64,000 nucleotides of DNA, taken from assembly GCA_002378665.1 (NCBI GenBank), contig DFSO01000020.1, positions 453 to 64,452 on the forward strand, given 5' to 3'. The position numbers and the translations under genes were made by a program. The stretch is from Loktanella sp. UBA3435 (lineage in GTDB: Bacteria > Pseudomonadota > Alphaproteobacteria > Rhodobacterales > Rhodobacteraceae). Shown here in pieces: positions 23,872 to 33,299 of this stretch. Each line of letters starts with the position of its first letter. The stretch's first letter is position 1. The notes below the pieces were generated by a model. It saw only the letters and a list, made by a program, of their open reading frames with translations, was not told the DNA's origin and searched no databases.

Positions 23872-23886
23872 TTAACGCCCTGTTTA
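23872..23886 (+). promoter_or_regulatory. CtrA-like box downstream of flgN (probable orphaned flagellin promoter)
   Basis: TTAA-CGCCCTG-TTTA, one mismatch to consensus; a GANTC site lies just upstream. Confidence 0.5.
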
Positions 23887-23949
23887 GAACGAATACGCAA
23901 TAACAAATCATCCAAAACGGAAACTCGGGAATACCTTCCTTGAGTGGGG

Positions 23950-24318
23950 TCAGAATGGCTCTCGTCGCAAGAAATCAAATTTCCTGCACCCCTGAAAAAC
24001 CGGCGCAAAATGCGCAGAATGTAGCAGGATGAGACCCATACCCGCATTCACGTGGTCCGCCACACGTTCCACAATCTTATCATCAACATCGCCGTGCGCG
24101 GCATGACCCCACCAAAGCAAAACGTCAGCTTTCGCCAATCGCGCCTCGCTCAAACCGTGCTCTGGCTCTTGCAAGGTTGCCGTTGTCGCCTCAATGCCCC
24201 CTGCGGCATTTAACGCGGCGGCAATCGCGCCATGCATGCCATCAGGGTAAAGCCCCGCAACAATTTTGTTCGTTTGCTCATGGACGTTCTCGCCCCAAAC
24301 CACTGCCTTAATCGTCAT
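23950..24318 (-). pseudogene. thuA: 3'-truncated ThuA-family (trehalose utilization) gene
   Basis: MTIKAVVWGENVHE...YPDGMH...DVLLWWGHAAH...GMGLILLHSAHF. Similarity stops after about 108 aa, followed by 14 unrelated residues and a stop. GGAGG RBS is intact. Confidence 0.82.
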
Positions 24319-24434
24319 GTCAGCCTCCAAATCGGTTTAGCCCACAAATGCAGCGATATTTTAAGGCTACAAGCGAAAACAAGGAAACTGCATTGAAGTA
24401 CGTCTTGTAGTTCAACTGAAAAGTTTTTCAGCGT

Positions 24435-24974
24435 ATGAACCCCGACATGACAGATCAGATTCTTATTCCTGCTTGGGTCGACGGCACCCTGCAACCCGTT
24501 GAAAAGCTCGACGTGCACTTGCGCGGACTCAAGCATAAAGCGGTCAGCATCTTTGTGATTAACGAGGGGCGCATTTTGATCCAGCAACGCGCACTTCATA
24601 AATATCACACGCCGGGCCAATGGGCGAACACCTGTTGTACACATCCCCACTGGGAGGAGCCGACCCTTGACTGCGCCCAAAGGCGGCTCAACGAAGAGCT
24701 CGGCATCACAGGCCTAACCCTACAGTCACGCGGACAAATCGAATATCGCGCTCAGGTTGGCCCCGACATGATCGAACATGAACTGGTCGATGTATTTGTG
24801 GCCGAGGCTTCAGAAAATCTTGAGATCCAGCCAAATCCTGAAGAAGTGAACGCCACCCGCTGGGTATCGCCGGCTGAATTGCGCCATGAATTAGCCGATG
24901 CGCCCGACAACTTTACCCCATGGTTGCACATCTATATGGCGGACCACGCGAAGACCATTTTGGGGTCTAAATAG
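24435..24974 (+). CDS. idi: Isopentenyl-diphosphate delta-isomerase, type 1
   Basis: KLDVHLRGLKHKAVS, QQRALHKYHTPGQWANTCCTHP, EHE, FTPWL. Confidence 0.93.
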   Translation: MNPDMTDQILIPAWVDGTLQPVEKLDVHLRGLKHKAVSIFVINEGRILIQQRALHKYHTPGQWANTCCTHPHWEEPTLDCAQRRLNEELGITGLTLQSRGQIEYRAQVGPDMIEHELVDVFVAEASENLEIQPNPEEVNATRWVSPAELRHELADAPDNFTPWLHIYMADHAKTILGSK

Positions 24975-25605
24975 GGACTAGCGTCACTATTTCGCCACCT
25001 GCCGCTGCCGCGTCTTCCGCATCATGAGTCACCAGAATAACCGGTAATGCGCGCGCCTTAGCACGGGCAAACACTAGCTCTCTCACCTGCGCTCGCAATG
25101 CGGCATCCAAACGCGAAAATGGCTCGTCCAACAAAAGTGCGCATGGTTCCGACAATAGCATCCGCATCAACGCAACGCGTGCCTTCTGCCCCCCCGACAG
25201 GGTCGCAGGGTCACGATCCGCAAATCCGGAAAGCCCCACCTCATCCAAGGCCTTAGCGATTTTTTGCTGTCGCTCAAACTTGGTGCCACCAACACGCAGG
25301 CCAAAAGCAAGATTTGCGCCCACCGACAAATGTGGAAACAACAGGTCGTCCTGAAACAATATCCCCACGCGCCGCGCATGTGGTGGCGCATCCGTGATAT
25401 CGTGACCATCCAGAACGATCCGGCCAGCCGCCTCAAAATCAGGCGCGAGCGTACCGGTGATATAGGCAAGCAAAGTCGATTTTCCGACGCCCGACGGCCC
25501 CATGACAGTAAGCACTTCACCAGAGGCAACCGATTTGGAAATCGCCAACAATGGCGCACCGCCTTTGCTAATCACCACGTCGTGTAGTTCCAAACCCTTA
25601 TCCAT
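24967..25605 (-). CDS. ABC transporter ATP-binding protein (YnjD-like)
   Basis: GPSGVGKST, FQDDLLFPHLSV, LSGGQKARVAL, LLDEPFS. Confidence 0.9.
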   Translation of the reverse strand: MDKGLELHDVVISKGGAPLLAISKSVASGEVLTVMGPSGVGKSTLLAYITGTLAPDFEAAGRIVLDGHDITDAPPHARRVGILFQDDLLFPHLSVGANLAFGLRVGGTKFERQQKIAKALDEVGLSGFADRDPATLSGGQKARVALMRMLLSEPCALLLDEPFSRLDAALRAQVRELVFARAKARALPVILVTHDAEDAAAAGGEIVTLVPI

Positions 25606-27292
25606 GCCGCAGCCCCCTTCTGTTGCGCCAAACTATAGCTGGGATCAACAAAGCCAGCGAAAACGGCACTAGCGCCGCCGCTGTTTGCATCAAGCCATAA
25701 ACCCCAATTGCGCGCCGATCGCCTCCAGACGCCAAGGCGACAGCCTCCGTCGTCAGCGTCTCGATCCGTCCACCGCCAATAAGCAACGTCGGCAAATATT
25801 GCCCGACAGAAACCGCCAGCCCTACCGCCGCCGCCGTTAAAATCGGGCGCAACAACATCGGCAAGCGCACCGACCAAAGCACACGGTCTGGGCTTGCACG
25901 AAGAGCCGCGGCAATCGTCCCCATCCGCGCATCCCACGCACGAAACGGATCAGCCAAAGAGAGGAACACATAAGGCAAAACAAACACCAAATGCGCAAAG
26001 ATCACAGGGCCGCGCCCGACGCCTAATCCCACATTCAGCATCAAAGTTTGCAGGCCCGGAAGGAACGCGGTTTGCGGCACCAAAAGTGGGAGATAGAGCA
26101 ACAGCATACCGCGCGAAGTTACCCGCAACTTGTAACGGTATTCTGCCTCCAAACATCCAATCGTCAGGGCCAACGCTGTTAGCGTTGCAACACTACCGAT
26201 CAACACGGTCTCGCCCAACGCTTCTAATGTTCCATCACTATGCCGCATCCAGTTCTTAAGAATGAATTGGTCAGGCAGAAAATCAGGGAAACCCCAGTAG
26301 CCGGCAAATGACCAAATCGCCAATGACGCGATACCAAATGAGACAGAAAATGCGCAAAACAACGCTAAAACTAGGCCAATTTGCCTTGTAATAGTGTCGT
26401 ATTTGCCGCGCTGACCAGTCCCAATCCACGCCAATCCAAATCTTCGAACAACACGCTCCATGATCAGCCAGAACCCAAGAGCACCGATAACCAAAAATAG
26501 CTGAACTAATGCCCCCGCAGCCGCTTGCAATCGCATCCCTAGGTCCGGGTCGGACATGAGCTTCACAATCTGAACAGAAAGTGTTGAAGGTGTATTGGGC
26601 CCAAGAATAACCGCCACATCAACAACCGACATTGCGTAAACAAGCACCACATAAATCGGAAATTTTATCTGCGCATATACCAATGGGAAAACGGTCTTGA
26701 GCCACCCCGTCAGCCGCCGATATCCCAACGCCTGCACAATCATAGCACTGCGTTTGGTATCGACCTGCCCGATTGCAGCCAAGGCAATCAACATCAAAAA
26801 TGGAACCTCTTTAATGACCAGTCCCGCAATCATCGAAAGACCCCAAGGGTCTTGGACGATCAACAAATCAGGCGGTCGATCCCATCCCGTCACGCTCGGG
26901 GACAAAGCCCGCGAAATCCAACCAGACGGAGAGATAAGAAACGCAAACCCGAACGCTGCGGCGGCATGGGGGACCGACAAAAGCGGCGACAACATACGTT
27001 CCAAAACCGTAAAAGACCGGGTGCCCGACCAGCCCGCCATGATCAGCGCTACGATCAACAACGATATCGTCGTCGATGCCAAGCCAATCCAAACTGACAA
27101 AAACATGGCACGCGGCAAACCTTGCCACGCGAAAAGCGCCTCAAATGGCGCGAGCGACGGGCCAAATAGCCCCGCTGCGGGCAAATGCCCAAACGCAGGC
27201 AAGACCGCGCCATATAGCCCAGCCAAAACGGGTCCGATCATCGCCAAAAGCGTGATCATCGGCAATAATGGCAAAAAGCGCCGCGCTTTCAT
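25598..27292 (-). CDS. ABC transporter permease with duplicated TM domain (YnjC-like)
   Basis: 564 aa hydrophobic; PLLSVPHAAAAFG, KEVPF, QYLPTLLIGGGR. Confidence 0.88.
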   Translation of the reverse strand: MKARRFLPLLPMITLLAMIGPVLAGLYGAVLPAFGHLPAAGLFGPSLAPFEALFAWQGLPRAMFLSVWIGLASTTISLLIVALIMAGWSGTRSFTVLERMLSPLLSVPHAAAAFGFAFLISPSGWISRALSPSVTGWDRPPDLLIVQDPWGLSMIAGLVIKEVPFLMLIALAAIGQVDTKRSAMIVQALGYRRLTGWLKTVFPLVYAQIKFPIYVVLVYAMSVVDVAVILGPNTPSTLSVQIVKLMSDPDLGMRLQAAAGALVQLFLVIGALGFWLIMERVVRRFGLAWIGTGQRGKYDTITRQIGLVLALFCAFSVSFGIASLAIWSFAGYWGFPDFLPDQFILKNWMRHSDGTLEALGETVLIGSVATLTALALTIGCLEAEYRYKLRVTSRGMLLLYLPLLVPQTAFLPGLQTLMLNVGLGVGRGPVIFAHLVFVLPYVFLSLADPFRAWDARMGTIAAALRASPDRVLWSVRLPMLLRPILTAAAVGLAVSVGQYLPTLLIGGGRIETLTTEAVALASGGDRRAIGVYGLMQTAAALVPFSLALLIPAIVWRNRRGLRHG

Positions 27293-27322
27293 GCGCGGCG
27301 CTTTCTGGCGTCTATGGGGCGA

Positions 27323-28522
27323 TTATTGCGCAACACCGTAACGGCTCACCCAATCGTCTGCGATCCGAACCGCCCAGCTTGGGTGTGGCTCCGCCTGAAC
27401 TGTGCCCAATTCCGCAGGTGTCAGCGTCGCAACGCCAAGGTCGAGACCATCAAACACTGCACGTTCTTCAGCCGACAGCGCATCCATGTTCAACACAGTG
27501 CCATAGCCCAAAATCGCAGGATCTTGCGCGCGGGCCTGCGCCTCTGGAGACATCAAGAAATTCGCAACAACCATTGCACCTGCCTTAGAGCCAGAGTTGT
27601 AGGGAATAGCCACAAATGACGCGTTCCCAATCGTGCCTTTATCCAAGACAAACGTACGCACGGTCTCTGGCAATTCGAAATTCGCAATCGCGGTCGATGC
27701 CGCACCGGGGCTAAACGAGATCGACAGATCAACTTCATCATCTGCAATCAACGGGAACATCGCGGTGCCCGTGGCTGGGTAGGCCTTTCCTTCGCGCCAA
27801 AGGTTCGGGGTTAGCGCGTCCAGATACGCCCACAGCGGGGCCGTCACCTCATCGTAGTTTTCGTCCGTCGCAGGGGCCTCCAGAACCGAAGGGTCGGGCA
27901 AGATATCAACCAAAACCTGCTTCAAGAATGTAGTACCTAAGAAATCAGGTGGTTGTGGATAGCTAAACCGACCTGGGTTCGCCTGCGCCCACTCTTGCAA
28001 GGCCTGCATTGACCCAAGCCTCTCAGGCATATCCGCCGTGTCCTGCACGAAAACAACCTGCGCCATGGCCCACGGGCTCTCGTAACCCTCAACAGGAACC
28101 GTGAAATCCGTTTGAACGGTCTTTCCCTCTACGTCGACCAAGGCCCAGTTCGGCAATTGCTCCGCATATGGACCAAACAACAAATCCGCGTCCTTCATCG
28201 CCGCAAAATTCGCCCCGTTAATCCAGATCATATCAATCGCGCTATCGTCGTTCTGGCCAGCTTGCTTTTCGGACAATACGCGCGTCACGGCATCAGCCGT
28301 ATCCGTCAGCTTCACATGCTCTAGCGTCACGCCATAATCCTCGGAGACACGCTCCCCGACCCAAGCCAAAAAGTCATTCGTCGTGGTCGAACCACCCCAA
28401 GCGTTCCAATAGACGGTCTCACCTTTGGCCTCAGCCAAAACAGCGTCCCAATCAGCGGGGGGCGGATCAGCAAGCGCAGCCATTGGCGAAATCAAAGCAG
28501 CCAGTATAGTGAGATATTTCAT
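27323..28522 (-). CDS. ABC transporter substrate-binding protein (YnjB-like)
   Basis: Signal peptide; WNAWGG, DMIWINGANF, PPDFLGTTFLKQ, FVAIPYN. Confidence 0.88.
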   Translation of the reverse strand: MKYLTILAALISPMAALADPPPADWDAVLAEAKGETVYWNAWGGSTTTNDFLAWVGERVSEDYGVTLEHVKLTDTADAVTRVLSEKQAGQNDDSAIDMIWINGANFAAMKDADLLFGPYAEQLPNWALVDVEGKTVQTDFTVPVEGYESPWAMAQVVFVQDTADMPERLGSMQALQEWAQANPGRFSYPQPPDFLGTTFLKQVLVDILPDPSVLEAPATDENYDEVTAPLWAYLDALTPNLWREGKAYPATGTAMFPLIADDEVDLSISFSPGAASTAIANFELPETVRTFVLDKGTIGNASFVAIPYNSGSKAGAMVVANFLMSPEAQARAQDPAILGYGTVLNMDALSAEERAVFDGLDLGVATLTPAELGTVQAEPHPSWAVRIADDWVSRYGVAQ

Positions 28523-28532
28523 AAGTCGTCCT

Positions 28533-29141
28533 TTAATCTGTGTAAGTCTGTTTCGCGGCATAAATCCGCAGCGTTGCTGTTACAAAACATAGCGCGCCAA
28601 ACGCCCAAGCAACGGGCGCAAAGTAAGCAGGCCAAAGACAGAGGATTACGAAAAACACGATTGTCTCTGTCCCCTCTAATATACCATTCGAATAGTAGAG
28701 CGATTTCTGCCCCTGCGCGTCGGTTTTATGCCCATGCTTTTCAGCAAGAATCGCATAGCCGAGAAAGCTGGTACCGTTAAAATAAAACGATGCCAACAAG
28801 AATGCGCCAGCGGCGCCATTCATCAAAGGGTCAGCAAAAACAAACGCGACGGGAATAGCCCCGTAAAACAGAAAATCCGCCGCAATGTCTAAGTAGCCGC
28901 CAAAATCTGTCTTGCGCGTCGCCCGCGCTACAGCGCCATCGAGGCCGTCCGCAATCCGACTTGCCAAAAGCGGAATTAACGCCAGAAGTGACCATCCCAA
29001 GGCAATCAAAAGCGCGGAAAACAGGCCCAAACATAGCCCAATCAACGTCACATGATCCGCCGAATAGCCCCGCTGTGCAATTGCACGGCCAGCCGCGTTC
29101 AACGGCGGGTCGATCAGGCGGCGGGCAAAGCGATCAAGCAT
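28533..29141 (-). CDS. CDP-alcohol phosphatidyltransferase family protein (YnjF-like)
   Basis: DGLDGAVAR...GGYLDIAAD motif; GILEGTET. Confidence 0.9.
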   Translation of the reverse strand: MLDRFARRLIDPPLNAAGRAIAQRGYSADHVTLIGLCLGLFSALLIALGWSLLALIPLLASRIADGLDGAVARATRKTDFGGYLDIAADFLFYGAIPVAFVFADPLMNGAAGAFLLASFYFNGTSFLGYAILAEKHGHKTDAQGQKSLYYSNGILEGTETIVFFVILCLWPAYFAPVAWAFGALCFVTATLRIYAAKQTYTD

Positions 29142-29237
29142 CAAGTTTCATCCAATTCAGTTGGACTCTTGTGGACGATGCCACTTGGCGGTGCAATCGC
29201 CCTAACGTGAATGTGACCATTGCCAATTTCTTGAAAC

Positions 29238-31244
29238 TTAACCTACCGCAATGCGCGGCCGCCCTTGTGCCGTGACCTTAACGCGCGCCTCAATGAACAT
29301 CGATTGTCCTTCAACATCGACCTCACGGACATCACGCTCCCGCGACAGTCGCACCTCTTCAACGCCCGCCTCTTTAGCACGTGCGACGGCCTCTTCTGTT
29401 AACGCTGCTTCAAGCACCTCTAACGCCTCAGCGGCACTCGCGAACTGACGGTTTCCATCAGGCAAATGCACGGCAAACATACCAGGTCCAGGGCTCGTCA
29501 CTGTTCCCGTCGCATGCATCGCAACTTGGCCAACCACTGCGCCAATCGCGTTGGCAACGCCCGCATGCGTCGGTAAAATCATCCGCGTGTTCAGCCGCTC
29601 ACCAACAGCACCATAATAGGCACTGGCAGAGGCGCCCAACCCAATCACAGGCACGCCTAGTTTCAACTCGACCTCGACGATCCCGCGATAGCGATCCATG
29701 CCTGCAAAGGTCAGCGGATGCTGCGCTAGCGCCTCCATGCTGCCACCCCAATCGCGATCATCTTCCGCGAATGCAGCCTGCAACAAGCAATCAACTGTCT
29801 GCGCCGTCAATTGATCGATAATCTTTTCGGACATTGATGTGCCATCCACGGCCAACCGCTCGCCCGCGCCATTACGGCGGCGTGCAAAAAGTGTCAGCGC
29901 CTTGGTTGCGGCCTCCGCATCCCACGCATCGACACGCCCCAAAACATGCGATGCATCTGAGGGCGTGACCCCCGCGATCATCACCATACCGCGCGTCACA
30001 AGTCTCGCCAGTGCAGGGCTTTCCATTCGCGTCGTCACCGCCTCGCCAACGCGCAGCGGACCATTTGCCAATCGCGCTGCAACCACAGCCTCGCGGGCAT
30101 CCAATCCTTGTGGCATCTCGTGCCACATTGGGATCGCAAAACGGCAATCGTCAGCGGCAGGAATGTCAGACCCCATCGCGCGATCTAAAACACCATGAAC
30201 CAATTCGGGGTAGTCACGCGCCGCCAGTGAAATCGGCATCAGACGCCGCGGCCCCAACAGCAGCCCCCCACCAAGACCGTCAACGACATGAACTTCGCTA
30301 TCGCCACCTAACCCCGTAGTACGCATCGCGACCGCCTCGACCATCGTGCGATAAGGACCAACACGTGCACCCTGCGGATCAATTTTCGGCTTTCCGTCCT
30401 TTAACAGACACACATCCGTCGTCGTCCCGCCAATATCGGAAACCAGCGCATTGGCCTCACCGGTCAACCATGACGCGCCAGCAATCGACGCCGCAGGTCC
30501 GCTCAAAATTGTCTCAATCGGCTTTTCACGTGCGACACTCGAAGACACCAACGCCCCATCTCCGCGAACAACCATCAAACGCGCGGCAATGCCAACCTTC
30601 GCTAAATGCCCTTCGCAGGCGCCGATCAACCCATCAATCATCCCGATTAATCGTGCATTCAAAACAGCGGTCAACGCCCGTTTCGGCCCACCCAAAGCGT
30701 TCGACAACTCGTGCGAACAGGTCACTGGCTTGCCCGTCAATTCGCGGATCAATTCACGCGCAGCAACCTCATGCGCGGCATTGCGCGTGGCAAAGCTTGC
30801 TGCAATCGCAAAGCCAGTCACACCAGCATCCAAAGCCAAAACCGCCTCGCGCAACGCGTCCAAATCAAGCGGCACAACCTCAGATCCAGAATGCGAATGT
30901 CCGCCCGCCATCGAAATCACAGGATCACCACGAAGCGCATCCGTCAGCCCCGCACGACCCAATTCGGCTGGATCAAAGCCGATGAAAACAAGCGCAATTT
31001 TTCCGCCTTGCCCCTCAACCAACGCATTCGTTGCGAGGGTCGTGGATAACGAAACCATTGCCACATCTGCAGGGTTAATCGCGGCCTCGGCCAATGCCGC
31101 ATCAATCGCACGGCCAACGCCAATTGCCAGATCAGGGCGCGTCGTCAATGACTTCGCGCTCGCCAAAACCTGATCAGTCACCTCATCCAAGACAACTGCA
31201 TCCGTATATGTGCCGCCCGTATCAACACCCAAAAGATAAGTCAT
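29238..31244 (-). CDS. Hydantoinase/oxoprolinase A-subunit family protein
   Basis: GVDTGGTYTDA, STTLATNALVEG, ETILSGPAAS, DIGGTTTD, ANAIGA. Confidence 0.9.
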   Translation of the reverse strand: MTYLLGVDTGGTYTDAVVLDEVTDQVLASAKSLTTRPDLAIGVGRAIDAALAEAAINPADVAMVSLSTTLATNALVEGQGGKIALVFIGFDPAELGRAGLTDALRGDPVISMAGGHSHSGSEVVPLDLDALREAVLALDAGVTGFAIAASFATRNAAHEVAARELIRELTGKPVTCSHELSNALGGPKRALTAVLNARLIGMIDGLIGACEGHLAKVGIAARLMVVRGDGALVSSSVAREKPIETILSGPAASIAGASWLTGEANALVSDIGGTTTDVCLLKDGKPKIDPQGARVGPYRTMVEAVAMRTTGLGGDSEVHVVDGLGGGLLLGPRRLMPISLAARDYPELVHGVLDRAMGSDIPAADDCRFAIPMWHEMPQGLDAREAVVAARLANGPLRVGEAVTTRMESPALARLVTRGMVMIAGVTPSDASHVLGRVDAWDAEAATKALTLFARRRNGAGERLAVDGTSMSEKIIDQLTAQTVDCLLQAAFAEDDRDWGGSMEALAQHPLTFAGMDRYRGIVEVELKLGVPVIGLGASASAYYGAVGERLNTRMILPTHAGVANAIGAVVGQVAMHATGTVTSPGPGMFAVHLPDGNRQFASAAEALEVLEAALTEEAVARAKEAGVEEVRLSRERDVREVDVEGQSMFIEARVKVTAQGRPRIAVG

Positions 31245-31360
31245 GCGATCCCCACTTTGTTTCGCCGTAAACAATCACCACGCGGGCGCGGTGACCATCC
31301 CAAATACGACACGTCGGGTTTTCTATGTCCAATCAAACTCCCGCCGGAGGCTCCAGACAG

Positions 31361-31393
31361 AAAAATGGCGCGCCGCATCTCTGCAACGCGCCA
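31361..31393 (-). terminator. Probable terminator after the pyrimidine ABC binding-protein gene
   Basis: TGGCGCG...CGCGCCA stem followed by TTTTT on the minus strand. Confidence 0.6.
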
Positions 31394-31412
31394 GACAAAG
31401 CGTCAATCGGCG

Positions 31413-32402
31413 TTACTTCAACGCTTCATCCGTAATCGCATGGGTCCAAGCGCCCTCAGGGGCTGCCGAGATTACAGGATCAGAGCCGCCAGCCAAAAGC
31501 GTATCGACCGTACGCTGATAATCCGCCTCATCCAACGCGCCGTTCGATCCCGCAGTCAGCTTGGCAATCTCGCCCATCATACGGACCTGATGCGATTCGG
31601 TCTGTGCACCTGTCTCGTCGTTGTCCAAAACAATTGCAGCCGCAGCATCAGGGTTTTCTTCGGCCCACTTCCAACCTTTCATCGAGGCACGCACAAAACG
31701 AACCATCTTATCGACGAACTCTGGATCCTCTAAGTTACCTTCCAGCGCATAAATCCCGTCTTCCAACGTGGCCACGCCCTGATCTTCATACTTGAATGTC
31801 ACCAACTCATCTGGCGAAACGCCCGCATCCAAAACCTGACCATATTCGTTATAGGTCATTGTCGAAATACAATCGGCCTGACGCTGCAACAGCGGATCAA
31901 CGTTAAAGCCCTGCTTGAGAACAGTCACGCCATCCTCACCACCGTCGGTCGAAATCCCCGCCTGAGACATCCACGACAGGAACGGATATTCGTTGCCATA
32001 GAACCAGACGCCAATTGTCTTACCCTTGAAGTCCTCAACCGAGGTAATCCCCGTATCTTTCCAGCATGTCAGCATCAGACCAGAGGTCTTGAACGGCTGC
32101 GCAATGTTCACGACTGGCAAACCCTTTTCACGTGCAGCGAGCGCCGACGGCATCCAGTTGAGCATCACATCAGCCCCACCACCAGCCAGAACCTGCGGCG
32201 GCGCAATATCGGGACCACCCGGAAGGATCGTTACATTCAGACCCTCTTCCTCGTAAAATCCTTCATCAAGCGCCACGTAATAACCCGCGAATTGCGCCTG
32301 CGTGACCCACTGCAATTGCAGCTTCACATCGTTCGGATTTTCATCCGCCAAAGCCATCCCGCCAATACTCGCAGCGACTGCTGCCATCATCATCGTTTTC
32401 AT
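31413..32402 (-). CDS. ABC substrate-binding protein (NMT1/THI5-like), probable pyrimidine uptake
   Basis: Signal peptide; LQLQWVTQAQFAGYYVA; cluster context. Confidence 0.88.
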   Translation of the reverse strand: MKTMMMAAVAASIGGMALADENPNDVKLQLQWVTQAQFAGYYVALDEGFYEEEGLNVTILPGGPDIAPPQVLAGGGADVMLNWMPSALAAREKGLPVVNIAQPFKTSGLMLTCWKDTGITSVEDFKGKTIGVWFYGNEYPFLSWMSQAGISTDGGEDGVTVLKQGFNVDPLLQRQADCISTMTYNEYGQVLDAGVSPDELVTFKYEDQGVATLEDGIYALEGNLEDPEFVDKMVRFVRASMKGWKWAEENPDAAAAIVLDNDETGAQTESHQVRMMGEIAKLTAGSNGALDEADYQRTVDTLLAGGSDPVISAAPEGAWTHAITDEALK

Positions 32403-32453
32403 CGTGTTGACCTCCAAGTCAGTTGATTTGTTGAACCCGTACCAAGTCGTTTC

Positions 32454-33299
32454 TTATGACCTCTGTGAAGGATGCCAGAACGTCACCCCCTTCTCACACA
32501 GCGCAATCGCACCATAGAAAAAGCTACCCGCCAGCGCCGCGACCACTATCTCGGCCCAGACCATATCAAGGGCCAATTGCCCGACACTCGTGGAAATCCG
32601 AAAGCCCATGCCGCGCGTGGGAGACCCGAAAAATTCCGCAACAATCGCCCCCACAAGGGCAAGCGTCGTCGCGATCTTCAACCCGTTAAAGATAAACGGC
32701 ATCGCGGCAGGCAGGCGCAGCTTAAACAAGGTCTGCCCGTAACTCGCCCCGTAAGTCCGCATCAAATCGCGCTGCATGTCCGACGTATCGCGCAGCCCCG
32801 CAACCGTGTTCACAAGGATCGGGAAAAACACCATGACAACGACCACAGCTGCTTTCGATTGCCAATCAAACCCGAACCACATCACAAGGATCGGCGCAGT
32901 CCCCACAATCGGCAAAGCGGCCATAAAGTTACCCACGGGCAGCAGGCCACGGCGCAGAAAATCATAGCGATCCACCACAATCGCCAGCAGGAAAGCGGCA
33001 ACGCCTCCGATCACGAAACCAGACAACGCACCCTTCACAAAGGTCTGCACAAAATCAGCCCAAAGGATCGGCAAGCTATTGGCAAAAGTAGTGGCAATCA
33101 TACTGGGCGGCGGCAGGATTACCAAAGGCACAGACAGCCCCCGCACGATCAATTCCCAAATCAGCAAAATCGTCGCGCCAAAGATCACAGGCACAGCGAT
33201 CTGCACAGCGCGCGTGTTCGCACGCGGCCCATTCGCCAGCCGCGCATTCAACATCCAGCCCAGCCCCCACAAGATCAACGCACCAACGACATATATCAT
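32454..33299 (-). CDS. ABC transporter permease (NitT/TauT type)
   Basis: LPPPS, KLRLPAAMPFIFNGLK, GAIVAEF. Confidence 0.88.
   Translation of the reverse strand: MIYVVGALILWGLGWMLNARLANGPRANTRAVQIAVPVIFGATILLIWELIVRGLSVPLVILPPPSMIATTFANSLPILWADFVQTFVKGALSGFVIGGVAAFLLAIVVDRYDFLRRGLLPVGNFMAALPIVGTAPILVMWFGFDWQSKAAVVVVMVFFPILVNTVAGLRDTSDMQRDLMRTYGASYGQTLFKLRLPAAMPFIFNGLKIATTLALVGAIVAEFFGSPTRGMGFRISTSVGQLALDMVWAEIVVAALAGSFFYGAIALCEKGVTFWHPSQRS

Noticed and set aside
15563-24434. dif site near the skew switch
   Set aside because: I found no XerC-6bp-XerD arrangement by eye in the intergenic regions; an HMM scan is still needed.
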